Below are positions 13,291 through 24,844 of a stretch of DNA of 64,000 nt, piece by piece. Position 1 is the first letter of the stretch. Every line of letters begins with the position of its first letter. The notes under the pieces are model-generated. The model had not been told where the DNA came from, did not search any database, and worked only from the letters and a program-made list of their open reading frames with translations. The position numbers and the translations under genes were made by a program. This DNA is from Trichoplax sp. H2 (taxonomy: Eukaryota), in the NCBI GenBank assembly GCA_003344405.1, contig NOWV01000251.1, positions 1 through 64,000 on the forward strand. The letters are read 5' to 3'.

Positions 13291-14040
13291 ATGTTTAGAA
13301 AAGATTTAGCATGGTATGATCAGCTTCTACGGCAATTTAGATCCGGAAATGAGAACTATTTATACGACTTCAAGAATAAAATTTCCTATCATATAATGGA
13401 AAAGAGCGATATCGCTGAAGCAAGTCGAATTAGTGCACAATGTATGGCTAGCAATCCATTTTATAGAATTATTAGTATGTCTGCCGATGAATATCTTGAA
13501 GATTCTACTTTTTCCTGTCAAGAAAGTGTTAAGAGTAGAATTGGATGCATAGCTCGTAATAGCCAAGGCCAAATGATAGGTGTTCATGTAGCTTATTCAT
13601 TATCCACAGCAATAAATGTTACCCATGGACAGGAATCGTATGACCGCTGTGGTAGTAAACTTGTCCCACTTCTTAATGCTCTTGTAGAACTATTTAAAAC
13701 AACACCATGGCATCAATATGGTGGCATCGATCGAATAGTTTATCTTGATGAAGTATCTGTACTAAAGAATGCATCAGGCAAAGGTGTCGGTTACATACTG
13801 CCAGAATTTGCGTTAGTATTAGCAGAAAGAAAAGGCTATACACATGCTGCAGCTATCACCGTGCACAAAATCACCAAAAATGATTTGGATATGCTTCCAA
13901 ATTGGAAAGAAATTAATAGTATCGAAGTAGCCAGTATTACAGGAAATGATGGTAAAGAACGCGTATATGAATCCATATCTAAGAATGGCTTTCGCTCAAT
14001 TTCACTTTACGTAGGAGTACTAAATCCGAGTAAGCTATAA
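13291..14040 (+). CDS. GNAT-fold aaNAT-like N-acyltransferase, paralog 4 (most divergent), PTS1 (SKL)
   Basis: Intronless 249-aa ORF; motif A YLDEVSVLKNASGKGVG; ends LNPSKL. Confidence 0.78.
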   Translation: MFRKDLAWYDQLLRQFRSGNENYLYDFKNKISYHIMEKSDIAEASRISAQCMASNPFYRIISMSADEYLEDSTFSCQESVKSRIGCIARNSQGQMIGVHVAYSLSTAINVTHGQESYDRCGSKLVPLLNALVELFKTTPWHQYGGIDRIVYLDEVSVLKNASGKGVGYILPEFALVLAERKGYTHAAAITVHKITKNDLDMLPNWKEINSIEVASITGNDGKERVYESISKNGFRSISLYVGVLNPSKL

Positions 14041-14838
14041 TCAAAATGCTGCATCTATTTTTATATAAAAATGATGAAAAGGAGCACCAGTTCAATCAAC
14101 AGTTACACAAGATACCCTTTCATTTCATTTTGCGTATATCGATTGAATTGAAGTCCACTATAACGCCGATCTTAACCAAGCTATTTACCCTGAAAATGAC
14201 GGAAAGATAATGTAATAAAGCGTCTTCTTGAAACTAAAGCAAGAACTAAAATTGCCTGTAACCGTTAATTCATGATATAAACTAGTAAAGTTCTCGTTTA
14301 AATGAACAGCTATGTATTCTACCCTAAGCAATATATTACAAGAAAATTGAAAGCTACATTATTTTGTACTATTGTATCTATATATGCTGCATTACTGTGA
14401 TGCTTCAGAAGAGTAAGCGTCGAATAGTCAATAAATTGTAAAAGAATAACTTGTAAAATACTAGTTTTTATTGAGGTAACATGCAGAGGATAACCATCCA
14501 AGGCTACAGCATGAGTAACGACATGACTAGTCGGATAGCTATAGTACCTAGGATTGGTACTGGTAAATCGTAGACGCATAACGTATAACTAACAGGAATC
14601 ACTAACTAGACAGACGAATGAAGACAGCTTTTATAACGTAGGGAGCACAGTAGGAGGAATTTCTTATCAAGGCGAATGGCTTCTAAAAGTATCTTACTTT
14701 TACGTTAAATTAGCTCTACGATACAATTCAACTAGAGTATCAGTAGATTTCTACAGTGTGAATTATTCAATGTAGATTTACATCCATAGAGTTACGCTAT
14801 AGAGTAGGGGAAAATAAACATACTAAGAATAGACTATA

Positions 14839-17255
14839 ACATATTATGCAGTAAACAGTCCACGTAATGGAACCATCTTTTACGAATGGGTACCTAGACA
14901 ATCTTATAATCTAACATGCAAGTTGAAATGATCTCACTACAATCTTGCAATCGTAATTTTGGGCTCATTTGCGACTGTACTACAGAGAAATATTTAATTC
15001 AATAGCAGAGAAAAATTTCGGTTCAGTGCCATTTTACTCATGGATGTTAACTAAAATAGAAGTATTTTATAACAGCGGTAGTATATCATTCAAACTAAGC
15101 AGCGATCGAAAATTAGATTATTCAATCACTGGGTAACCAGAAATTTGCATGTTATTCTACTTTATTGGATTAAATTGAATAAAGTTAAATTAAAAATGGA
15201 AGGTTGTACAAGATTGTTTGTACATGTCATATATCAAAGCGATAGAAAGCGGGCACTACTCTACTTGATTTCCTCTATTTTCAAATTTGGAGGTGAATTC
15301 TTCGTCGAGTAGTTCCTGCAGAAGCATGCATATATTATAATTAATTGCTGGCTAATAATTTTGGTTATCTAATTAGCTAGTTGTGATGTTTTAAATTTGT
15401 CATGGCATTTAATCTCATATCACTAGAGTACCATATATGACACCATTAGTAAGATCTATGAATGATAATTATATAATAGAAGGAAGTGAGCCCTAGCTAT
15501 AAAGTTCCTCACTCTGTATTAACGGGAGGGTGGGATTATAATGTAATCAATAATAAACAAGCTATACTAATAAAAATTCGTCATTAAAGTTCCATATGAT
15601 ACGCTATGTTAACGGATAATGATATTTATCATTTGAAAAGAAAACTGCATGTTTACTTACAATGAAAATAATGAACCAGTAAAGTAGCTAAAGCGCATTT
15701 CAGTTGTTAACTATCAGGTTATTATTGCTTCTAAAAAAGATCAATTATTCATAGCCTATTCCATATACTCTATGATACACTCGGAATTAGAAAGTAATCC
15801 AAAATTGTTAAAAATTTTCGTCCGTGTGTCTATCAATACACAAGTAATTTTAAATACATACTCATTTTGAAAAGTGATTGTACGCTATTATATAGATAAA
15901 GTTAGAAGTATAATTACAGTACGTAATTATCAAGAGTGAAAGGAGTTTCGGTAATAATTAATGGAATGATAGTTGATCTTATTGAACATCCAGAGTTGAA
16001 GATAATTAATTTATGAATTATTATTTGCATTGCTAAGATCAAGTTACATAGCTTCTTAAACGGATTTTTAGCGTATTAATTAATTAAGATACATTGCACA
16101 TAGAACAAATAAGGCATATAAATGAGGCAGTACACCATAACTTATCCCAGCAATAGATAATCTTATTGAACCAAAAGAGCACAGATTTAACCTACTTTTA
16201 AATTATTTGCATTGCTATGATGAAGTTATACATCTTTATACCACGATCTTCATTTCTTAACTTCAAAGTCATACCATGAATAGTGAAGTTGATCACTCTC
16301 CAGAAACAACTAGTGTAAGTGTAATGCTCAAAATAGGTTCACATAGTTTTGTAATGTAATAACAGACTTATTTATTTAATTTTAAGCTCAAAGTCTATCC
16401 ATCATCGCTTGCCTTATCACCTGTCCTAGGCCCCTCTAAGTGCTGCAGTCTATTTACAGACTTATTGATTTCATTCTAAGCTTAAAAGTATATTCAGCAT
16501 CACTATTATATATTGATGTTATGAAAGTCATTGCTATCTCTTTTATTGAACAAAATGAAATTTATAAAGTCGAGGTATAACGGTCGAGCAGTATATCCTT
16601 GCAGCTAAATTTGAATTCCGATTGGCGATGGAAGATAAATTAGCAATCGTTGCTCGAGATATAGAAAATAATAAATTAGTTGGAGTAGGAATTGGTTATG
16701 CTTACAGTAAGGCAACTGAAGCGACTGCGGGCGAGAACATAGTTGATAACTATGGAGAAGCTATGGCTCCGATTATGGATTGTATGATGCAATTATATGA
16801 AGACGCAGAGAAAAAAGAATCCTTTGATCCAAAGAAAATGATCGTTATCGATGATGTTGCTTGCTTGAGAGGTGAAAAATATGCTAGTAAGGCTATTGGA
16901 TTCTTGAGCGGTTTTTTAGTAGAAGCAATAAGTGCTCGACATGGTTATGAAAAAATCATAACCACTATTTTCAATCCAATCATGCAAAAAAGAGCTCTTG
17001 CAGTTGGCTATCGATTAATTTGTTCAGTCGATTTAAATGAATATACCTATAAAGATGAAAAAGTCTTTCTGGATTTGGTAGCAAAAGGCTACAAGGAAGT
17101 GCAAATCTTTATCAAGGACATAGGGAAAAATAACAAAAAATGAATACGATTCTCATATAGTTGAAAGGATGATTAACTAACAATAATATAATCATCTATA
17201 TACATTAGCATTTTTCCTGCAGCAATATCAAAAGTACTTGTATCGATAAAGAAAC
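14839..17255 (+). repeat. Segmental duplication, copy B (lacks the 434-bp insertion and has a ~1-kb deletion)
   Basis: Near-identical to 1-3860 minus 1194-1627 and ~2113-3127. The true left boundary is probably further left but cannot be fixed from this window. Confidence 0.92.
16521..17143 (+). pseudogene. 5'-truncated, frameshifted copy of paralog 1
   Basis: Promoter and first ~45 codons are deleted; 1-nt deletion (TATAAAAGT to TATAAAGT) at ~16566; remainder almost identical to 2992-3750. Confidence 0.88.
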
Positions 17256-17259
17256 GATG

Positions 17260-17750
17260 ATAGATGATAATTATTCTCTCAGATGAAAAAATTGCTGGTA
17301 TCAGTACATCCTATTTACTATCGGTAGAATTATTCAATCTTGGCATTGATCTGGAAAAATATACGGAAAGAAAATTGCTCTAATTGTAGATATAAGTCAC
17401 AAATTACTTTCAATATTTTTCAACTCCAGAATGTTATAAGTTTTACTATATCTACTATGTCGATGACATATGTGTTTTGCATGAACATCGTGGCAAAGGT
17501 ATTATTGGCATGAATTCATTAATTCTGCCAAGTTTGATCCAACATCGTGGTATCACGCAGATTTGTTCCATTTTATATCATCCTGCATCGGTAAGAACTG
17601 TACAAAAAATGAAACGTGGAAGGCTTTTTCTGTTGTTGATACCGATAACTATACTTATCGCAATAAAAAGATCTTCAGTCAACTCTATGATAAACGCTAT
17701 CGCGGAATTTTTTCATCTATCGGAAACTTAACCCTATCAACATGCGGTGA
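17260..17750 (+). pseudogene. GNAT pseudogene, 3' fragment (paralog-5-like)
   Basis: Broken frames YVDDICVLHEHRGKGIIGMNSLILPSLIQHRGITQICSILYHPA and WKAFSVVDTDNYTYRNKKIFSQLYDKRYRGI match 21088-21843. Confidence 0.88.
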
Positions 17751-20700
17751 TAATCGTCAATAACCATTTTATTATGCGAATTTATTGCCACGAAGACAAA
17801 TCATAATACTATAAATTTCTTGCAAGAATAAGATAAATATGCCAGAACTGGTATAAAACAGTTTTTTAATCAGCCACCAAATGGACTAGTGATAATAAAG
17901 AGTCCTATAAGGATGAAATTATAGGCACAATACTTGGACACACGTGAGTTTAATAACCAAGCTTAATCATACATGATAGGGTAAAACATTCTAATAGAGG
18001 TAATGATTATTTTTATTTCCTTAATGATCGTAAACATTAGCAATTTAATAAACATAATATCTATTTATTTTAATTAATATCAACTGGATTAAATTCACTC
18101 AACACTAATGGCAGGATCATAAATCAAATCATTTCACTATTGCCTCACTAAGAAATGTAGAAAGGTGATAATAGTCGATCTACGCATTGATGAATAGTTG
18201 TATTCTATCCAAATATTATTTTACTACTTGTATATGGACTAATAGGTTATAGATATTAGTACATATAGAATAGTGTGCACAATTTACTTGCATCGCTTCA
18301 TAGGTCCATATTTTTTATTAATAAAGATTGCAAGCATTGGCAATACGTAAGACACTCAATGACTGACCTGTATCAACATCAAATAAATTAAAATTAATTA
18401 ATAACTATCCTAAGTAAGGGCCGGAAATTCGAATAATTGTACATTTTTAAAATGAAGCAGAGTGAAAGTATTTGACTTTTGCTTGCTTAGATCATATCAA
18501 GCGCTGTTTACTAAAAAATATAAGTAGCTATTTTGATTATTTACAAGAGATCAAACAAGATCTATTCAGGGAAAAATTAACGTGAAATTGAACCGATATC
18601 AAAGCCAGGCTTAAGCTCATATCAAGGTCGATCTATATACATACTTTTTACGAAAATAAAATTTTCTTTGGTTATGTTGATACAGTTCCAATATTATAAG
18701 CTCACGGTAATTTTAATTTATTCTGTTTAATTATGATAGGATATTCATTTAGGCATGCAATTTACAGTATGTAAATCCTTTACTCATCATAGTGAAATCA
18801 AGATGTTTAGAAAATTTTTTGTCCGTAGTCAATATCCTTGGAGTAAGCTTCGATATCGTGGATCGCAACAATTGAAACGCAAAGTGTTTCACCTGCTATG
18901 TGAAAATTTTGCAATTACCATTTGTTACAAATCTTCTTCTTTGTAACAAGAAACCGGGTCTTAAACACTATCTTCACTAGTACTTGTGTTCCCAACTAAC
19001 TTAGGGACCTATCGTAGTTGAACTAACTCTCAGCTACACAAAAAAACTACTATTGAGTAATAGGTTTAAATACTTTACTTTATTTTCGTTAACCTTAGTC
19101 GTAAAATGTGCTAAAGAAAAACATAAGAATATTCTTAGCAATAATAGTCAAAAGATCCTGCAAATGACTAACTGAAACTGAGAAGCTAAGCTAGTACTCC
19201 GCTTTTTATAGTCTCGCCGATGGTACACTTGTGAATATTCTTGAAATAGCGGCTTACACTGTACAGTATACATATCCTTCATGCTAATCTTGGATAATAT
19301 CTATAGTGAAATTGTACAATAGGTCTTCCAATTGTAACTACTGTCTAATTGTATCATTAATCCTTTCTCTTGTATTTGCCAATATTGTCTATTCGTAAAG
19401 TTATCCATGATGGTTATGACATTACATCATCTACAATTCTAGAATTTGCATAAGTATGAATACGCATAGGATTTGAATGTTCTAGTATAAGTTTTTGCAG
19501 TAATAGATGTATGATTAAGATTGATCTCTGATAGATCACGAACGTTAAATTGTTAATAAAAACAATGGTAAAATGCTCATCACCATGCTCAAAGTGTAAA
19601 ATGAAAATATTTTTACTAGCTTCTCTACCCGTATTTGTAATTTAAGTATTTGTGAAATAAAATGATTCTATTCTGTAATCGGTTGAAATATCTATTGAAG
19701 AAGTAATGGGAGTACTGCAGCTGTTGAGCGAATTTGCCAATAGAATGAAGAAGTTTAGAACTGATTTAACTCCATTTTAAACTGCTCTCATTTAAGTAAA
19801 GGCTCAACCGTATACAAAGCCTGGACACTTTAAAGAAACAAAAGCAGAAAGTTCACACAAACATAATCAAATAGTTTGCTATACTACTCTAACCTTAAGT
19901 TAAGAATCATATTATTCTATTTACTATAAAACAGGGCTTTATATCTATCAGCGATAAAATTTCAAGTTTATAGTACGAATAGTGCAAATACACCATTTCA
20001 TCCCTTCCGATTATTTTGTACAATTACTTTGTTAAACTTACAGACAAATCTATTTTACAGTATATTTACATCCTTTTATTATGATACTTTTAAAACACCT
20101 CGTTTCAGCTTACAGTTATCTGAACTTACAATGAAAGTTTTATCGCAGCAAAAACTTTCTTAGAGTCTAATATCATCAGGTGGTCGTTATGAATTCAACT
20201 ACATCTCTGCCGGAAATTTCGATAACAAACTTCAATCAAATCCAAAGTAATCTATAGTTTTGATGCATCAATATATGCTATTGTTAATAGGATAACACTG
20301 TTAAAGTGGGCAGTTATCTAAATAAAGATGTGCGAAATTAGAGAAAACATTACTAACAGTCAGTTTTATGCTGATGTATGTTAAGAAGATAATCTAGTAA
20401 TACCATCGTAAAATCAATCTATTTTTATAATCATTCTTGATGAAAGTCATAAAAAAATAAGAAGTATAATCTTAACGCTTTTCTTAGTCATTAAGATACG
20501 ATCACGGATAGCAGATTAAGAAAATAAAAAGCCTCAATAAGAATTCTATCTATTAGAAATGATGATTATAATTCAATCCAACAATTTGAGTATCATTATC
20601 TATTTATGCAATTCAACAGTAGGAGTACATAAATATCAGATTGATGAGATTTTTCTATAGCTGGCAATATCGATGATACGTATCAGACTGCATGGATAGG

Positions 20701-20837
20701 TAAGGTACTACTATATCATGATGGATCACCGACAGCTGCTAGATAATTCTGTAAACCCAATAACACTGCTGAACAGTACAGTACGATAGGAGGCAATGCT
20801 AATTAGTTTTAGTTAATTATTAGAACTTAATCCTTTT

Positions 20838-20848
20838 ATCACGTGATG
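20838..20848. promoter_or_regulatory. ATCACGTGAT E-box upstream of paralog 5
   Basis: CACGTG at 20840-20845, 248 bp before the ATG. Confidence 0.6.
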
Positions 20849-21087
20849 ATGGCGTGCCCCTTATCCAGAAAGACTAAATTAATTACCCGTATTAATTGAC
20901 AGAGTAAACCAAAACGTTTGGGATAAATTACACAATCCTCTTTGGTTACAACTGGCTAATTTGATTGATTTGATTCTTTTCATAATTGAATCATTCAATC
21001 CATTCCTACCGGTTCTCGTCTAAAGTTCTACCCTTCATCAGCTGAAATAATACTGAAATTTTCTCCTTATATTACCCTTGAACATTA

Positions 21088-21843
21088 ATGAATACGATGA
21101 GCTATCACAATAACGTCCAGTGGTGTTTATCGTTGGGTAAAAAGTTTCATCAAGATAATTTAACTGAAATTTTCGATAGTAAAAATAATATTAAGTATCG
21201 CTTAATTAAGCCATGGGACATTGAAAAAGCTGCAGATATTTGTGCACAATGTTACGCTGAGAATAACAGGATGTTTCAAGTATTGGACATAACCAAAGAA
21301 GACTATCTACCTACTGCAATTGAAGTATTTAAGACAGCATTGGAAGAAGGTATAGGGCTAATTTCTACGACTAACGAAGGGAAAATAGTGGGCGCAGGTG
21401 CTGCATATTTATTGTCATCGGCATTATTCGATCTTGGTCTCGATCTGGAAAAAATATATGGAAAGAAAATTGCTCCTATTGTAGATGTGAGCCACACTTT
21501 ATTTAAAAATTTTCCTCCTAAAAAATATGGTAAATATAATCAGATCTACTATATCGATGATGTATGTGTTTCGTCTGGATATCACGGTAAAGGTATAGGT
21601 ATCATGAATTCGTTAATTCTTCAAAGTTTAATCCAACGTCGCGGTATAAACCAGGTTTGTTCCATTTCCTATCATCCTGCAATGGCAAGATCAGTAAGTC
21701 AAATGCAAATGTGGAAGACGGTTTCTATCCTTGATATCCGTGACTATACGTATCAGAATAAAAAGATCTTCAGCCAGCTGTATGAAGAAGGTTATCGTGA
21801 AATTTCGTTGGTTCTAAGCAATTTCACCTCTAGCAAACTGTAA
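21088..21843 (+). CDS. GNAT-fold aaNAT-like N-acyltransferase, paralog 5, PTS1 (SKL)
   Basis: Intronless 251-aa ORF; canonical motif A YIDDVCVSSGYHGKGIG; ends FTSSKL; AATAAA just after the stop. Confidence 0.82.
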   Translation: MNTMSYHNNVQWCLSLGKKFHQDNLTEIFDSKNNIKYRLIKPWDIEKAADICAQCYAENNRMFQVLDITKEDYLPTAIEVFKTALEEGIGLISTTNEGKIVGAGAAYLLSSALFDLGLDLEKIYGKKIAPIVDVSHTLFKNFPPKKYGKYNQIYYIDDVCVSSGYHGKGIGIMNSLILQSLIQRRGINQVCSISYHPAMARSVSQMQMWKTVSILDIRDYTYQNKKIFSQLYEEGYREISLVLSNFTSSKL

Positions 21844-23849
21844 TACTGGTCTTAATAATAAATTTATGGTCGAAAGCTATTGCAAGACGAATCTTACTGG
21901 GATTATTCCAAGAATAGAATAAATATAGTAGAAATAATTACGAAAAGTTGCAATAATAGACCTTTAATAGAGTGGTAATACAGGCAGTGGTAAACCACCT
22001 TCTAATTTTAAATTCATTTATACAACGATTTAACATGCATAAATTCAATAGTCAAAGTTATTTCATGAAAATATATATAAATAAAAGAGGCAGATATCTT
22101 TTCTGTTTTCGGTTGTATTGAATGACGAATAAAAGCAGTGGCAATCAATAAGATACTGCATTGCTTACTGAAATAAACATCAAGTAGATAAATATTGCTA
22201 TTCTTGGTAAGGACCTAAAAATCGATTATTTTCACTTTTTCATCATGAAAATAAAGCAGAACGAAAGAATTTGACCTTTGCCAGCTTAAATCATATTAAA
22301 TACTGTTCACTAATGAGTACAAACAACTATTTTGATCGCTGACAAAAGATTGAACAAGGTCTATCTAGGTAAAATTAACGTGATATTGAAATGATATCAT
22401 AGCCAGGCGGAAGCTTATATCCAGGCTAATCCGTATACTACTCGTTCATACTGCATTACGATAATCACTTTTATTCAAAATACTAGATATGAGCATGTTG
22501 GAGAAAGTTCCTGCTCTTAAAAGAATATTAATTTTTATAGCTATGAAGATGGGAAAATCTTTATCCATAGTAGTGCTCAAGATCAGACGAAAATTTCTGA
22601 TATTCTTAGAAAATAGACTAGTTGCAAGCTTTAGCATTAATATACTGTATATGTATGGCCAACTAATGGATCCAAGAAATCGATTTTTATTTATTGGTGC
22701 AATCAAGACCTCTACATACTTTTTCAGCCTTGTTTTCAAACAATATTCTAGCAATGCATTTTGGTCAATTTTATTATAACTATTGCAATCAATACAAATG
22801 TTTTATCTACTCATGAAAGTCTTATAATCGTAGTCACTTTTAATACTAATCTTGGATATCACCATTATTACATAGAAATTTTGTAGGATAGGACTTTAAA
22901 TTATGATTACTTTATGATGCATTAATTTACTCCATCTGTTCTATTTACGAAATATCATTAAGTAATAAAATAAGCGAAGATTCAAATATCATATTCATAG
23001 TGATCGGAAACAGATACAGTAGGACAATTTCCATTTACTGTAAACCAATATAGATGTAAACAGCTATACGCAAGTATATAACGCTAGCAGTTGTTGGAGA
23101 GCTCTAAATATAGAGCAGCTCGATACAGATAACTTCATAGCTGTATATCAATGGATTTACACAGCCACTATTCCAGTTCATTGTCAACCTATATAGATAG
23201 TTTTTTATACCACTAGTACAGTAATTGTTGAGAAGCTTTATGTGTCAAGCACTTAGATATTATAGTTCTACGATAGAGTTATTAATAACATTTACCGTTC
23301 ATTATGAATAGAGGCGGACAGTTAGTCATAACTAATCATGAAGATCACTCATATATGTATCATCAGTTTAAGATCCTTTAGTCAATTCAATCTGTACAAT
23401 GAAGAGGATAAATAGTATTCCATCGAAATTGTTGCCTTTTATTCGTAATCTATCAAAATATGTTAGATCTATTGATGCCAACTGCAATTTTAGTTTATCT
23501 ACTACATCAGTCATGTCGCCTCGTCAATAATTAGACCTTAGTACTTGTCTACTGATTGAACTGACCGACGTGTAGCAGTCACTGTTGGTTTGTATTAGAA
23601 ATTTGAAAGAAATATTATAAAATAATACTCCAGTAAAAATTAATAAAAACATTAAAAGCCAATTGTTCAAGGTTGTAATGATCTGCTTATGTGAAATTTG
23701 AGCCAAGTTTAATGTCAATGCCTTGTAAATTTTTAAGACCTAATTAAAGGTTGCATCTAAGCTGAACAGCTTTTAACCAGTATAGAGAGCCCAACGCGTC
23801 CCTCAAATAGTGTTACTATGTATAATTTGATCGATAGGAACTATTGTCA

Positions 23850-23860
23850 ATCACGTGATG
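23850..23860. promoter_or_regulatory. ATCACGTGAT E-box upstream of paralog 6
   Basis: CACGTG at 23852-23857, 243 bp before the ATG. Confidence 0.6.
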
Positions 23861-24094
23861 TTATCAAAGTAAACGATCATTATCTCTATATTATTATTTA
23901 ATCACGTACCAACAGCATAAATTTCCAAACTGCTTAATGCTAATACAAGTGTGTTTTGACTAAATTTCTTGTTGACTGATCTTATGGAGGGTTCAAACTA
24001 TTAGATTATTATCAAAATTTATTCGTTATCGACCAAGGAATAAATCCTATCTAACGGAATACCATCATCATACGTTTATAATCCTTATCGAACT

Positions 24095-24844
24095 ATGACA
24101 GGCTATCAAGATAATGTGCAATGGAGTTTATCACTAGCTAAAAAATTCCATGATGAGAATCTAACGGAAATTTACGATCCGAAAAATGATATTAAATATC
24201 AAATGATGAAGCCTTGGGACATCCAGCTAGCTGCAGAGATTATGTCACAAGCTTATAGCCAAGATAATATGTTTTTCAAATTAATGGGTGTGAGTAAAGC
24301 AGATTATCTACCTAGCGCATTATTAAGCTATAAACAGGCAATGGAAGATAATATGGGAATGGTCGCTAAAACTAGAGATGGAGTTTTGGTCGGCGCTAGT
24401 GGAGCTTACTTAGTAGATACAGCTATAGCTGAAGTCAAGGTAAACTTGGAAGATTACTATGGAAAAAAAGTAGCCCCTATCATGGATATGAGTCGCATTT
24501 TGTTTCAAAATTTTTCAGTCAAAGATTACGATGATCCCAGTCGTATCATTTATATAGATGATACATGTGCTTTATCTCAGTACCGTGGCAAGGGCATCAG
24601 CCTGATGCTATCGTTACTATTGCAGAGTATCTGTCAGCGTCGCAGTTTTACTCATGTATGTTCTATCGCATATCATCCAGCTTTGGCAAGAAACGTAGAA
24701 CATATGCCTGGTTGGAAGAAAATCTCTAGTGTCAATGTTAACAATTATAGCTACCGAAATGAAAAAATATTTGCTCCACTGTATAATCAAGGCTATCGTG
24801 ATGTTACTTTGTTCATTAAGAAATTTATACCAAGTAAGATATAG
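24095..24844 (+). CDS. GNAT-fold aaNAT-like N-acyltransferase, paralog 6, PTS1 variant (SKI)
   Basis: Intronless 249-aa ORF; YIDDTCALSQYRGKGIS; ends FIPSKI. Confidence 0.82.
   Translation: MTGYQDNVQWSLSLAKKFHDENLTEIYDPKNDIKYQMMKPWDIQLAAEIMSQAYSQDNMFFKLMGVSKADYLPSALLSYKQAMEDNMGMVAKTRDGVLVGASGAYLVDTAIAEVKVNLEDYYGKKVAPIMDMSRILFQNFSVKDYDDPSRIIYIDDTCALSQYRGKGISLMLSLLLQSICQRRSFTHVCSIAYHPALARNVEHMPGWKKISSVNVNNYSYRNEKIFAPLYNQGYRDVTLFIKKFIPSKI

Noticed and set aside
16622..17143. 173-aa ORF as an independent functional gene
   Set aside because: It is the truncated duplicate of paralog 1, lacking the promoter and N-terminal GNAT elements.
22446..22779. Overlapping 96-aa and 102-aa ORFs
   Set aside because: No recognisable motif; the homologous flank near 18750 does not preserve the frame.
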